DNA of 64,000 bases from Nitrospirota bacterium. GTDB lineage: Bacteria; JACPQY01. The stretch is from the NCBI GenBank assembly GCA_016190245.1, contig JACPQY010000024.1:121620-185619 (forward strand), written 5' to 3'. The translations under genes and the position numbers were made by a program. Each line of letters begins with the position of its first letter. Positions within the stretch are counted from its first letter, which is position 1. The notes beneath the pieces were generated by a model, which ran no database searches, was not told where the DNA came from, and was given only the letters and a program-made list of their open reading frames with translations. Shown in pieces: positions 25,463 through 36,036 of the stretch.

Positions 25463-28400
25463 ATGGTCAGGCTGCTCCCGGAGGCTCCGCGCCGAAAGTT
25501 GACGCGGTGGGCGCCTCCTGTCATCCTACGTGTATTGGGCTTGGGGGAGATCACGAAAGCCGCCTATCAGGGAAGAGCCGGCCATCACGGCCCATGGCTC
25601 GTCGCGCTGGTTCTCCTGTCGGTCTGGTCCGGCGGGTGCTCTAAGAAGAAGAGTGCCGACCCGGTCCCGCTCGACACGGCCGTCCCGCTCACGCTGGAAC
25701 AGGCCGCGGCCCTCAATGGCGTGCGCGGCGGCGTGCGGGCTGGACAGGAAGAGGGCGTGCGGGGCGGCACCCAGGAGGGCGTCCGAGCGCTCGCTTCGCT
25801 CGAAGTGGATGCAGAGGGCGTGCGCGGCGCCGAGACCGAGGGCGTTCGCGGAGGTGTCCGTGCCGGCGTCCGAGGAGGCGTGAGCGGCGGCGTCCGAGGG
25901 GCGGAGGCGCAGGGTGTTCGCGGGGGCGTACGCGCAATTCGCACTCGGGATGTCGGGATATCGGGACGTCGGGATGCCGACGACCTCACGACCTCACGAC
26001 CTCCCGATCTCGCGCTCCGCCGCGAGGCAGCGAGCCTCCGCGACCTGGCCTACGTGGTCAACTTCAAGCTGGACGATGAACTGGATCCCGGTGAGCATAC
26101 GATCGGCGTCGCGGTTCTTTTCGAGGATCGCCCGGACATCCGCTTCGTGGACATGGCCGCTCGCGCTTCGTCGGGCAAGACCGGTCTGGACGCGGACGTG
26201 CCACACGATCAGGTCGTGCTACCCGACTCGGACGGCGACGGCGTATCGGACCTCATTGAAGTCGTGCTCTCGGAGAAAACGGGGCAGACCTTCGACCCCA
26301 AGGATGCAGGCACTCGTCCCCGGAGCGAGGCTCAGATCAAGGAGATCTTCCGCACGCTGGGACAGGAACTCGTCACCACCATCAAGGAACAGGAAAAGGC
26401 CGAGCGGGCCGCGGCGCTTGCCCAGGCGAAAGGCGTGGCCGTGGACAAATTGAGTGACAGCGATCTCGCTAAGATCGCCCAGGACGTCGAAGCCGAGACC
26501 CAGTCCTTTGCCGCAGAGGTCACGAGCGCCGTGGAGAAAGCCGATCTCACACCTCCAGCGACGGCGACCGTGACGGCCTCGGACGGCAACGGGAACCCCG
26601 TGGCGTCCGGCGGAACGACCGACTCGCCCGATCTCACCATCACGTTCACGTGCAGCGAGACCGGCTGCGCCTTCCAATGCTCGCTGGACGGCGGCCCGTT
26701 CAAGGCCTGCACGACAGCCACCTACGGCGATCTGCGCGAGGGTGAGCACGTCCTGCGCGTGAAGGCCACCGACACCTTCGGGAACTCCGAGGCGGTCCCG
26801 CGGGAATTCCGCTGGACCGTCCGCCTCCCAGCCAAGGGCAAGCGCGGCCCGGAGTGCGGCAACGGCGTCTGCGAGGCCGGAGAGGATCCGGGCTCGTGCC
26901 CGTCCGACTGCTCCGGCGCGATCTGCGGCAACGGGCTGTGCGAGTCCGGCGAGAACTACTCCGGCTGCCCATCCGATTGCACGGCCCCTCCTCCTACGCC
27001 TGCCGGCGACACCCTCCCGCCCCAGACCACGATCGTTTCAGCCAAAGCCTCCACCGGCTCCACCGTTGAGCCCGGAAGCTCGACCGCAGACACCGCGCCT
27101 GTCTTCACCTTTTCGGCGTCCGAACCGGACGCCTCGGCCACCCCCGGCGCGACCTTCGAGTGCGCCCTCGACTCGGGCGACTTCCACCTCTGCACCTCGC
27201 CCCACACGCCCGCTGCCGTGACCGACGGGGCGCACACCCTCAAGGTCCGCGCGATTGATGCGGCCAACAACGCCGACCCCACCCCCGCCGAGTTCACGTG
27301 GACCCAGGACACCACGCCACCGGACACTACAATCACCACCACCGACCTCTCCTCCCTCAGCGGGACCATCAGCAAGAAGACATCCATCGCCTTCACGATC
27401 ACCTCGGCCGATGCGGGGACCGTTCTCGAATGCGATGTGGACGGCGGCGGCTTCCTCGTTTGCACCTCGCCACGCACGGTGACGGGGCTCGCCGACGGCG
27501 CCCATACGTTCAAGGCGCGCGCCAAAGACCCCGTCGGCAATCTCGACGCCACACCCGCTCAGGCCACGTGGACGCAGGACAGTTCCCCTCCTTCCACGCC
27601 GGGCAGCTTCAGCGCCAGCGGCGGCAACAAGTCAGTCACGCTGAGTTGGACCGCCTCAACGGACGCCACCGGAGTCAGCCACTACCTCGTCTACTACGGC
27701 ACCGTCTCCGGCTCGTACAACGGCACGACGGCCTCCCAGGGCGCCTCACCCTTCCAAGTCACGTGCAGCACGTCCTCCTGCTCATCGGGCCTCTCCGGGC
27801 CGAACATCAGCAACTGCTTCACCTACTACCTCGCCGTCACGGCCACCGACACGCTCGGACAGGAATCGGCCAAGACCGCGGAGAAATCGGCCGTGACCTC
27901 CATCCCTGCGCCCGGCAGCGTCTCCGCCACCGGCGCTCTGGTCGGAAAAATCACGGTGAGCTGGGACGCCGTGACGAACGCCAGCGGATACGTGGTGAGA
28001 TACGGCACGAGCAGCGGCTCCTACCCCAGCAACCTCACCGTCTCGGCCGGAACCACCTCCACCGACGTGCCCGCTACGGGCACAACCTATGCCATCGTGG
28101 AATCCAGGGACGGGACCTGCCCGAGTTCGCCCTCGTCCGAAGTCTCCGCCACCCCCAAAACACTGACCCTGTTCACTCAGGAAACGGAATTGGTGTCCGG
28201 CAATCTTTTCGGCAGCTCGATCGCGATGCTCGGCGATGTCAACTCGAACGGACGGGCGGACTGGATCGTGGGCATCCCAATGTGCGGCGGGGCGGACGGC
28301 TGCGCGCACGTGTACGACAGCAAGGGCGCGGGCTCCTCCTCGTGCACATCCACCGCCAACTCCTGCGCGTTCATGACTACGCCGACACCGGACGGGATCG

Positions 28401-29491
28401 AGGGCCATCCCAACGGGCCTTCCCTCGCCCAGATGAAGCTGGGCACCTCCGTTTCGGGCGGCCTCGACATGAACGGGGCCACGAGCACGGGTGACTGGGT
28501 CATCGGCGGACCTTTCATTGATCAGCCTACGTGCAACGGCGGGGCCACCGCGGCCGACGTGGGGGGGGTCATCGTGTACGACGGCGTGAACGGCTCCGCC
28601 TTGATCCCAACAGGCGTGGCCACGCTGTGCGGATCGGGGGCCAACAACAAGTTCGGGGCCTCGGTGGCCGTGATCGGGGATGTTACCGCGGACGGGAAGG
28701 CGGAGTTCGCCGCGGGCGCGCCCGGAGCCAACGCGGTCTACGTCTGGTCCCACAGCTCCGGCTCGACCTTCAACATGACCTCCTACTCCCCGCTGATCAT
28801 CCCCAGCAGCACGCTCGGCTCGGCCGTCGCAGGCAGGGGAGACGTGAACGGAGACGGGAAGGGCGATCTGATCGCCGGCGCCGAGACGGCCTTCTCCGGC
28901 AACTCGAACGGGGGGGCGTACGTCTACTGCGGTGCCACGGGCCAGCAACTCTACGCGAAAGGTTCCGAGGACAACACCTGCTGCATGAACGGGATCGGGA
29001 AGCTGCATTCGGTCCTCATCCTCGGCGACGTGAACGGCGACTCGAAGGCGGAGTTTCTCATGGGCGTGCCTTGGATCGGGAGCAGCAGCTCGCCGGGCTA
29101 CGTCCGCGTCTACTCCGGAACCGACGGCACGCAGCTCTACCAAGTGACGGGCGAGAACAACGCCGACGAGTTCGGCACCGCCCTCGCCTCCGTGGGCGAT
29201 CTGAACGGCGACGGGAAACCTGACTTCGCGGTGGGGGCGATCAAGTGGAAATCCGGCTCGACCAAGGTGGGGAAGATCTACGTCTACAGCGGGACGGATG
29301 GCAGCCTCCTCGGCTCCTATTCACCGGGAACGGGGGGGGGACTTGAGGCGGACTCGGATTTCGGCCAGGCCATCGCGGGCGGGCAGGACATTGACGCGGA
29401 CGGGAAACTGGACATCGTGGTCGGCGCACCTGCGGATGACGTCTCCGGCCAGACCAACAGCGGAAACACCTTCATCGTTTCGTTCAAGTAG
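25463..29491 (+). CDS. Giant secreted modular protein, paralogue of 6711..10157: signal/lipobox, GVRGG peptide repeats, DxDGDG motif, three CxxC-x-LDG Ig-like domains, two Cys-rich CGNGxCExGE...CPSDC repeats, fibronectin type III domains and a C-terminal FG-GAP (integrin-alpha-like) beta-propeller
   Basis: 1342 aa. WLVALVLLSVWSGGCS lipobox. GVRGGVRAG...GVRGGVRAGVRGGVSGGVRGAEAQGVRGGVRA repeats. PDSDGDGVSDLIEV. CAFQCSLDGGPFKACTT, FECALDSGDFHLCTSP and LECDVDGGGFLVCTSP Ig-like domains. Six FG-GAP repeats (FGSSIAMLGDVNSNGRADWIVG, FGASVAVIGDVTADGKAEFAAGAP, LGSAVAGRGDVNGDGKGDLIAGA, ...GDVNGDSKAEF..., FGTALASVGDLNGDGKPDFAVGA, FGQAIAGGQDIDADGKLDIVVGAP). Confidence 0.85.
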   Translation: MVRLLPEAPRRKLTRWAPPVILRVLGLGEITKAAYQGRAGHHGPWLVALVLLSVWSGGCSKKKSADPVPLDTAVPLTLEQAAALNGVRGGVRAGQEEGVRGGTQEGVRALASLEVDAEGVRGAETEGVRGGVRAGVRGGVSGGVRGAEAQGVRGGVRAIRTRDVGISGRRDADDLTTSRPPDLALRREAASLRDLAYVVNFKLDDELDPGEHTIGVAVLFEDRPDIRFVDMAARASSGKTGLDADVPHDQVVLPDSDGDGVSDLIEVVLSEKTGQTFDPKDAGTRPRSEAQIKEIFRTLGQELVTTIKEQEKAERAAALAQAKGVAVDKLSDSDLAKIAQDVEAETQSFAAEVTSAVEKADLTPPATATVTASDGNGNPVASGGTTDSPDLTITFTCSETGCAFQCSLDGGPFKACTTATYGDLREGEHVLRVKATDTFGNSEAVPREFRWTVRLPAKGKRGPECGNGVCEAGEDPGSCPSDCSGAICGNGLCESGENYSGCPSDCTAPPPTPAGDTLPPQTTIVSAKASTGSTVEPGSSTADTAPVFTFSASEPDASATPGATFECALDSGDFHLCTSPHTPAAVTDGAHTLKVRAIDAANNADPTPAEFTWTQDTTPPDTTITTTDLSSLSGTISKKTSIAFTITSADAGTVLECDVDGGGFLVCTSPRTVTGLADGAHTFKARAKDPVGNLDATPAQATWTQDSSPPSTPGSFSASGGNKSVTLSWTASTDATGVSHYLVYYGTVSGSYNGTTASQGASPFQVTCSTSSCSSGLSGPNISNCFTYYLAVTATDTLGQESAKTAEKSAVTSIPAPGSVSATGALVGKITVSWDAVTNASGYVVRYGTSSGSYPSNLTVSAGTTSTDVPATGTTYAIVESRDGTCPSSPSSEVSATPKTLTLFTQETELVSGNLFGSSIAMLGDVNSNGRADWIVGIPMCGGADGCAHVYDSKGAGSSSCTSTANSCAFMTTPTPDGIEGHPNGPSLAQMKLGTSVSGGLDMNGATSTGDWVIGGPFIDQPTCNGGATAADVGGVIVYDGVNGSALIPTGVATLCGSGANNKFGASVAVIGDVTADGKAEFAAGAPGANAVYVWSHSSGSTFNMTSYSPLIIPSSTLGSAVAGRGDVNGDGKGDLIAGAETAFSGNSNGGAYVYCGATGQQLYAKGSEDNTCCMNGIGKLHSVLILGDVNGDSKAEFLMGVPWIGSSSSPGYVRVYSGTDGTQLYQVTGENNADEFGTALASVGDLNGDGKPDFAVGAIKWKSGSTKVGKIYVYSGTDGSLLGSYSPGTGGGLEADSDFGQAIAGGQDIDADGKLDIVVGAPADDVSGQTNSGNTFIVSFK

Positions 29492-29539
29492 CGCGGGCCG
29501 CCCCCCGAGGACCGCTCCGCTTGCTCCCGTGGTGGCGAA

Positions 29540-30970
29540 GTGCCAGTGTCACACGCCATGAGGCCCTTCACGCGTGCTCCCTTCCCGGCCTTTCCGGGCT
29601 TCGCCGTCCTCATGGGCCCCGGCCTCGTCTGGATGGCGCTAGCGCAGGGGAGCGGCGAGCTCATCTGGTGGCCCTACCTGATGGCGAAGTACGGCCTCGG
29701 TTTTCTCTTCCTCCTCGTTCCCGCCTGCCTGCTCCAACTCCCGCTGAATGTCGAGATCGGCCGCTACACCGTCCTGACCGGCGAGGGCCTCTTCCGCGGC
29801 TTCCTCCGCATGAACCGCGCCTACGGGCTCGTCCTCTACGCCCTGTTCATTCTCTCGTTCCTCTGGTTTGGCGCCTTCGCCTCCGCGGGCGGAACCGCGC
29901 TCGCCGAGCTCACCCAATTCCCGGCCGAATGGTCACCCAAAGCGCGCACGCTCCTGTGGGGCGAAGCCTCGATCGCGCTGTGCCTGGTCGGTCTCCTCGC
30001 GGTCAAAGTCATCTACCGCCTGATCGAGTGGGTGATGAAGGTCGTCGCGATCGTGACGCTCGCGGGGATGCTCCTCGCCTGCCTCCATCCCGAGGCGCGC
30101 GCCGTGGCGGGCGAAGTCCTCCGCGCGCTTTTCGTCCCGGCGCTCCCTCTTGCCCGACCGTGGGATCCCGCCGACGCCACAAAGCTCCTCACCGCGATCA
30201 CCTTCGCGGGGCTGGGCGGCTTCTGGACGACCTTCTACTCCTACTGGCTCAAGGAGAAGCGGGCCGGGATGGCCGCGCACGGCAGCCAGCTTCTCGGCCT
30301 GCGTGCGGGCGCCCGCAACCTCAGCCTCGGGGGGGGACAGATCCCGGAAGAGGCACCGGATCTCGCCGCGAAAAGCCGGCGGTGGAACCGCTACCTCGTG
30401 GTCGACAGTCTCGTCGGGATTCTCGGCAACCTCGTCACGACGGTCCTAACCTGCCTCCTCGCCTTCGCCCTCCTGTTCCCCAAGGGCATCCTCCCGGACG
30501 GCTACCAGATCGCCGTCGTCCAGGCCGAGTTCTTCCAGGCCTCCTGGGGCGCCTTCGGGCGGGTCCTCTTCCTCTTCATTGCGGGCGCTTTCCTCGCAGA
30601 CACCTGGCTGGCCACCGTGGATGCCGTGGCACGGATCCACGTGGACGTCCTGCCGGTCGTCTGGAAACGCGCGGAAACGATCGGCCCCCAGAAGCTCTAC
30701 TACGGCTTCGTGGCTCTGCTCACGATCGTCACGGCGGTGACGATGCTCCTCGATCAGCCGGGCGAGCTGATCCTCCTCAGCGCCGTCCTCGGCTTCATCG
30801 GCACGGTGACCTACACAACCGGGCTCATCGTACTCAACCATCGCTTCCTGCCGAAGCAGTTGCCGCAAGCCCTCCGCCCCTCGCGCCTGAGCCTCGCCTT
30901 CATCCTGCTCGTCTGGACGGCCTACGCCCTCCTGATGGCGCTCTATCTCAGGGCACAGTTCTTTGCATGA
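29540..30970 (+). CDS. Nramp-related (APC-superfamily) polytopic membrane transporter, divergent: DPGN metal-site motif replaced by GSGE
   Basis: 476 aa with about 11 hydrophobic segments. GPGLVWMALAQGSGELIWWPYLMAKYG aligns with Nramp TM1 (GPGFL..IA..DPGN......G..GY.LLW). The stop is followed by the REP-like hairpins. Confidence 0.65.
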   Translation: MPVSHAMRPFTRAPFPAFPGFAVLMGPGLVWMALAQGSGELIWWPYLMAKYGLGFLFLLVPACLLQLPLNVEIGRYTVLTGEGLFRGFLRMNRAYGLVLYALFILSFLWFGAFASAGGTALAELTQFPAEWSPKARTLLWGEASIALCLVGLLAVKVIYRLIEWVMKVVAIVTLAGMLLACLHPEARAVAGEVLRALFVPALPLARPWDPADATKLLTAITFAGLGGFWTTFYSYWLKEKRAGMAAHGSQLLGLRAGARNLSLGGGQIPEEAPDLAAKSRRWNRYLVVDSLVGILGNLVTTVLTCLLAFALLFPKGILPDGYQIAVVQAEFFQASWGAFGRVLFLFIAGAFLADTWLATVDAVARIHVDVLPVVWKRAETIGPQKLYYGFVALLTIVTAVTMLLDQPGELILLSAVLGFIGTVTYTTGLIVLNHRFLPKQLPQALRPSRLSLAFILLVWTAYALLMALYLRAQFFA

Positions 30971-30997
30971 GCCACACAAGACGCGGGCACTCCCCGC

Positions 30998-31054
30998 GTC
31001 GTTCCCGCGAAAGCGGGGACCCAGTCTGGATTCCTGCTTCCGCAGGAATGACGA
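30998..31054. repeat. REP-like intergenic element, copy 2
   Basis: gtcgttcccgcgaaagcggggacccagtctggattcctgcttccgcaggaatgacga. It is preceded by a further hairpin gacgcgggcactccccgcgtc directly after the transporter stop codon. Confidence 0.55.
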
Positions 31055-31116
31055 AGACGGTGGCCCTCCCAATCTCGTGGATTCGCAACTCTAATCCCGC
31101 TTGCATCGCTACCTAG

Positions 31117-32235
<1,119 letters not shown>

Positions 32236-32343
32236 TTCTCTTCGCCTCCGTCCGGGGAAGGACCCCCTGGGCCGCCAGCGCCTCCGTGTCAGGACCGGAA
32301 TGAGTATTCTGTCCCCGGACATTCAATACACTACCGCTAACCG

Positions 32344-32408
32344 ACCCGTGAGGGACGTTGACCCGTGAGGGACGTTGCCAGTTGACCCGTGAGGGACGTT
32401 GCCAGGTT
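32344..32408. repeat. Tandem 17-mer acccgtgagggacgttg (x3, with ccagttg/ccaggtt spacers) about 160 bp upstream of the lipoprotein gene start
   Basis: Units at 32344-32360, 32361-32377 and 32385-32401. The track ORF 32358.. begins (TTG) inside this repeat, but the likely start is the ATG at 32568. Confidence 0.7.
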
Positions 32409-32567
32409 ATACAGGGAATGAACGCGTGGTTGCTGATCCCCAACCATTTCCACCTTGTTGTTCGGACGGCCGGGCCTCCCCTCCCCCGCGCCACAGGGGA
32501 CATAGGTAGAGTAGAGCGCCGGCACGGATCCTGCTGGACAAGGGCGACCGCCCTCGCCAGAGTACCG

Positions 32568-35500
32568 ATGATGGCGCCCAGCCCGCGCCCGCCTCGTGCC
32601 CTTACCGGGCTCTTCACCGCGCTCTGCCTGGTGTTCGGATGCAGCCAGTCGAGCGGCCCCTGCCGCGACGAGGGGTCGGGTACTGGCCCCGACGCGCTCG
32701 CGGAACGCGGCTACTGCCTCCTCGAAAAAGGCTACCACGAAGAGGCGAGAGACACGTTCGAACGCGCCGTGGAAACCGACCCGAGTCACGCCCCCGCCCG
32801 ATTCGGCGCGGCGTTCACCGACTTCTTCCTCATCGTCAATGGCCTATATGCGAAGTTGTGGGAGATCTCGTTCGACCAGGCGGGCTCCTTCAGCCGTTTC
32901 CAGTCGTGGCTCATCGAGGACCTCCTGGGAGGCTCTCCCACCGCGCGCGGCCGCCTCGCCACGGACATCGAGCACCTCCGCCTCGCCGCGGCAGACCCGG
33001 CGCTCCGCCGAAACCTCAAGGGCGCCGTCCTGCGTCTCAACCAGCTCGAGGTGTACCTCGACTTCATTGAGGTGGACCCCGGCGAGGCCCACGCCTTCGC
33101 CGCCATTCTCAGCACCCTCGCCGCCGTGGCCGACGTCCTGGCCGCCTACGACCTCGACGTCCCCGTCTCGTACATGCTCAACCCGGGCGAGCCCATCTAC
33201 TCGCTCTTCAAGCTGGATATCGAGGGGGCGATGAACGACCCCGCCTATCCTCGCTTCCTCACATTGCGTGCCGACGGCAAGGAGTGGATGCATGCCGCGC
33301 GCGCGGCCCTCGAAGACGCATCCACGGAACTCGTCTCCGCGACCGCCGCCACGATGGAAGAAACAGACAACCAATCCATCCCCGATCTTCCCGACTACCC
33401 CGACCTCGTGAGCCGCCCCTACTTCACCCTCGACGGCACATTCTTCATCCCCGGCATCTTCGGCCCCTCGCCCGCCACGGCCGTCCTCCAGATGCTTTTC
33501 CAGGAGGATCGCAAGGGCGTGATCAGCCTCATCAGCCAAGTCTTCCCCGGCAGCCCCACCGAGCTGCCCGACGCCCAGATCCACATCCTCGACGCCTTTG
33601 CCACTTCCCTGCGCGGCGAGAGACCGTTCAACATGGCCGGGGTCGAAGTGCCCCTGTACTCCTTCTTCGAAAACCCACCCCATCTGCGGACGCTCCTCGA
33701 TCTCCTCCAAGCCGCCGAGCCGGTCACACCCGGCGCCGCCCAGCCCATCCCGTGGTCACCGGGCGCCGACATCAACCGCGCGGATCCGAACGCTCTGCCG
33801 TGGGAACACCCCGAGAAGTACGAACCCGTCCCCCTGCCCTCCGTGCTCGAAACCCAGCGCATGCGCGGGGTGGACGGCCCGGCCGCCGAGATCCACGTGG
33901 GCAACGGCGAACTGATGGCGGGGTTCACCCGCGAGGGGCGCCTGAAGAACCTCTTCTTCCCCTCGACTACTTCGTACAATCTCGTCCCGTACATCACGCG
34001 CGTGACGCATCCCTACCTCGAGACCGAGCCGCTCCCGTTCATGGGAGCGAACGAAGAGCACGGGTCTTTCCCCGGTCTGCGGATCAATGGCTCGCTCACG
34101 TGGCCGATGCGCTGGCTCGATCATCGCCACATCAATCCCGGCGATCCCTCGGGCCGGAAAGTCCTGCCGCGCTACGAAGAGGACGGCATCCCCGTCGCCC
34201 GAATCACCTACGAGCCGCCCGTCACGAGCATCCGCCTGGAAGAAACAGCCTTCGTGCCGCTCACCGGAGACGGCCACCGCCTCAACGTCCTCGTGCGCGA
34301 TTTCGTGATCCGCAACACAAGCACCTCTCCGCAGAGCGTGAACTTCCTCTACTACGGCGCGTTCAATGTCACGAACATAGACCAGTACATCCTGGGTCCG
34401 AAGTTCTGGATCGCGTGGCTCTTCTCGCCCAATCGCCTGATTGCGGAGCCGGATGGGAGCCTCCTGTGGAACGGCCCCGGCTGGTCCGGTCATCCCAAGG
34501 GCGAGTACGCGGCCCTGCGGCTCTCGGGCGAGACTTCAGGCTCGCTCCTCCGGCGCTCGATCGGCCGCCTCACACGCGAGGGAGACACCGGCGCGTGGGA
34601 GCATGCCCGTTCGGGCGCCTCTCACACGGAACCGCTCGAAGGCGTCTCCTTCGGAAACGGCTACCTCGAATGGGACCTCGGCACGCTCGATCCGGGTGCA
34701 AACGCGCGCGTGACCGTCATGATCTCGCTCGGCGCAGGTGCCACCCCCGAGGGCGCTGCCTCCGACGCGCAAGCCCAGGAGCGCGCCGTCCGCGAAGCCG
34801 GCATCGAAACCGTTCACGCCCGCACGCGCGAACACTGGCGCAACTGGCTCGCGTCAAACCGCACTCCCGATGGCGAGATGAGCAAAGCCGAGAAAGAGAT
34901 GTTCGAGCGTTCGGCCATGGCCCTGAAACTCGATCACGCCGCCCTCACCGGCGCCCTTCCCGAAATGTGGGACATGCAGCCGATGTGGTTCATGGTTTGG
35001 CCCGGAAACGGCATCTGGCATGCTGCCGCGCTGGATGCACTCGGCCACCCGGACGAGGCCCGCGCCTACCTCGACTACCTCGCCCGCATACAGTCGCCGG
35101 ACGGCCACTGGCGGATGGCCTATACCGCGCTCGGGGATCCCCACGGCGCCTTCGAGCTCGAGTACTACGCCACGGCCTCGATCGTCTGGTACGCGTGGGC
35201 GCACTGGAAACTCACGGGCGACAACGCATGGCTGCGTGGCTACTGGCCCACCGTCGAGCGCGCCGCGGATTTCCTCGTGAGCCGCGTGGCCCAAAACGGC
35301 CTCCTGTATGCCTCCGCCGATTTCGTCGAGGACCTCACCAGCATCCGCCAGTCGCTCTTCACCAACAGCATCGCCGTGTCCGCCCTCAATGCCGCGTCAG
35401 AGATGGCCGACCTCGTCGGGAGCGACCGACGCTCACGCTATCGCCGATCCGCCCGCGACATCCACGACGCCATGATCGAGACCTTCTGGATCCCCCGGGA

Positions 35501-35954
35501 GCAACGCTTCCACGCCTTCCAGGACATGCACGGCCGCCACGGCCTCGACACGCCGCCGGTGTTCGCCTGGCCGTTCCACGCCTTCCGCCTCGATGACAAG
35601 CGCGTCGCCGCCTACGCCGCCACCCGCCTCGATCCGGCGACCCTCGCGCAGGACTACCTCTCGTTCGTGGACTCCGGCGACTGGAGTCCCGGCCTCATAA
35701 AAAACGCCCTCTTCTACGTGAACCACTTCAATGCCACCGGCCGCCCCCTCTCGCGCGACCTCGCGCAGTCCATCGTGGACGGACTCCTCCAGCCGCAGAA
35801 CCTCACCCTCGCCGGTTTCATCGCGGAGCGCTTCTTCGGCTATGGCGTGAAAGGCTCCGGCAAACCCCTCCTCTGGCCCCACTCCCTCTTCGTCCTCCAT
35901 GAGTTCTCCAAGTCCGGCACCAGCCCCCTACCGCTCATCGAGCCGCTAGAGTGA
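32568..35954 (+). CDS. Large lipoprotein with N-terminal TPR-like helices and a C-terminal (alpha/alpha)6-barrel glycoside-hydrolase domain (GH15/GH63/glucodextranase-like)
   Basis: Start MMAPSPRPPRALTGLFTALCLVFGCSQS (lipobox). The C-terminal region ...MWDMQPMWFMVWPGNGIWHAAALDALGHPDEARAYLDYLARIQSPDGHWRMAY...YYATASIVWYAWAHWKLTGDNAWL... is typical of six-hairpin glycosidases. About 1129 aa from 32568. Confidence 0.65.
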   Translation: MMAPSPRPPRALTGLFTALCLVFGCSQSSGPCRDEGSGTGPDALAERGYCLLEKGYHEEARDTFERAVETDPSHAPARFGAAFTDFFLIVNGLYAKLWEISFDQAGSFSRFQSWLIEDLLGGSPTARGRLATDIEHLRLAAADPALRRNLKGAVLRLNQLEVYLDFIEVDPGEAHAFAAILSTLAAVADVLAAYDLDVPVSYMLNPGEPIYSLFKLDIEGAMNDPAYPRFLTLRADGKEWMHAARAALEDASTELVSATAATMEETDNQSIPDLPDYPDLVSRPYFTLDGTFFIPGIFGPSPATAVLQMLFQEDRKGVISLISQVFPGSPTELPDAQIHILDAFATSLRGERPFNMAGVEVPLYSFFENPPHLRTLLDLLQAAEPVTPGAAQPIPWSPGADINRADPNALPWEHPEKYEPVPLPSVLETQRMRGVDGPAAEIHVGNGELMAGFTREGRLKNLFFPSTTSYNLVPYITRVTHPYLETEPLPFMGANEEHGSFPGLRINGSLTWPMRWLDHRHINPGDPSGRKVLPRYEEDGIPVARITYEPPVTSIRLEETAFVPLTGDGHRLNVLVRDFVIRNTSTSPQSVNFLYYGAFNVTNIDQYILGPKFWIAWLFSPNRLIAEPDGSLLWNGPGWSGHPKGEYAALRLSGETSGSLLRRSIGRLTREGDTGAWEHARSGASHTEPLEGVSFGNGYLEWDLGTLDPGANARVTVMISLGAGATPEGAASDAQAQERAVREAGIETVHARTREHWRNWLASNRTPDGEMSKAEKEMFERSAMALKLDHAALTGALPEMWDMQPMWFMVWPGNGIWHAAALDALGHPDEARAYLDYLARIQSPDGHWRMAYTALGDPHGAFELEYYATASIVWYAWAHWKLTGDNAWLRGYWPTVERAADFLVSRVAQNGLLYASADFVEDLTSIRQSLFTNSIAVSALNAASEMADLVGSDRRSRYRRSARDIHDAMIETFWIPREQRFHAFQDMHGRHGLDTPPVFAWPFHAFRLDDKRVAAYAATRLDPATLAQDYLSFVDSGDWSPGLIKNALFYVNHFNATGRPLSRDLAQSIVDGLLQPQNLTLAGFIAERFFGYGVKGSGKPLLWPHSLFVLHEFSKSGTSPLPLIEPLE

Positions 35955-36036
35955 GCGTGCGCATGGGCGGAGAATCATGCATGATGAGCGCTGCCGGGTT
36001 TTCCTTCATCCCTCCGGCTCGCGCCGCCTCAAGCGC

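Noticed and set aside
32358-32567. TTG-initiated 70-codon N-terminal extension of the large lipoprotein ORF
   Set aside because: The extension is the translation of the 17-mer tandem DNA repeat (TREGRCQ x2) and lacks a signal peptide, whereas the ATG at 32568 begins a canonical lipoprotein signal (MMAPSPRPPRALTGLFTALCLVFGCS).
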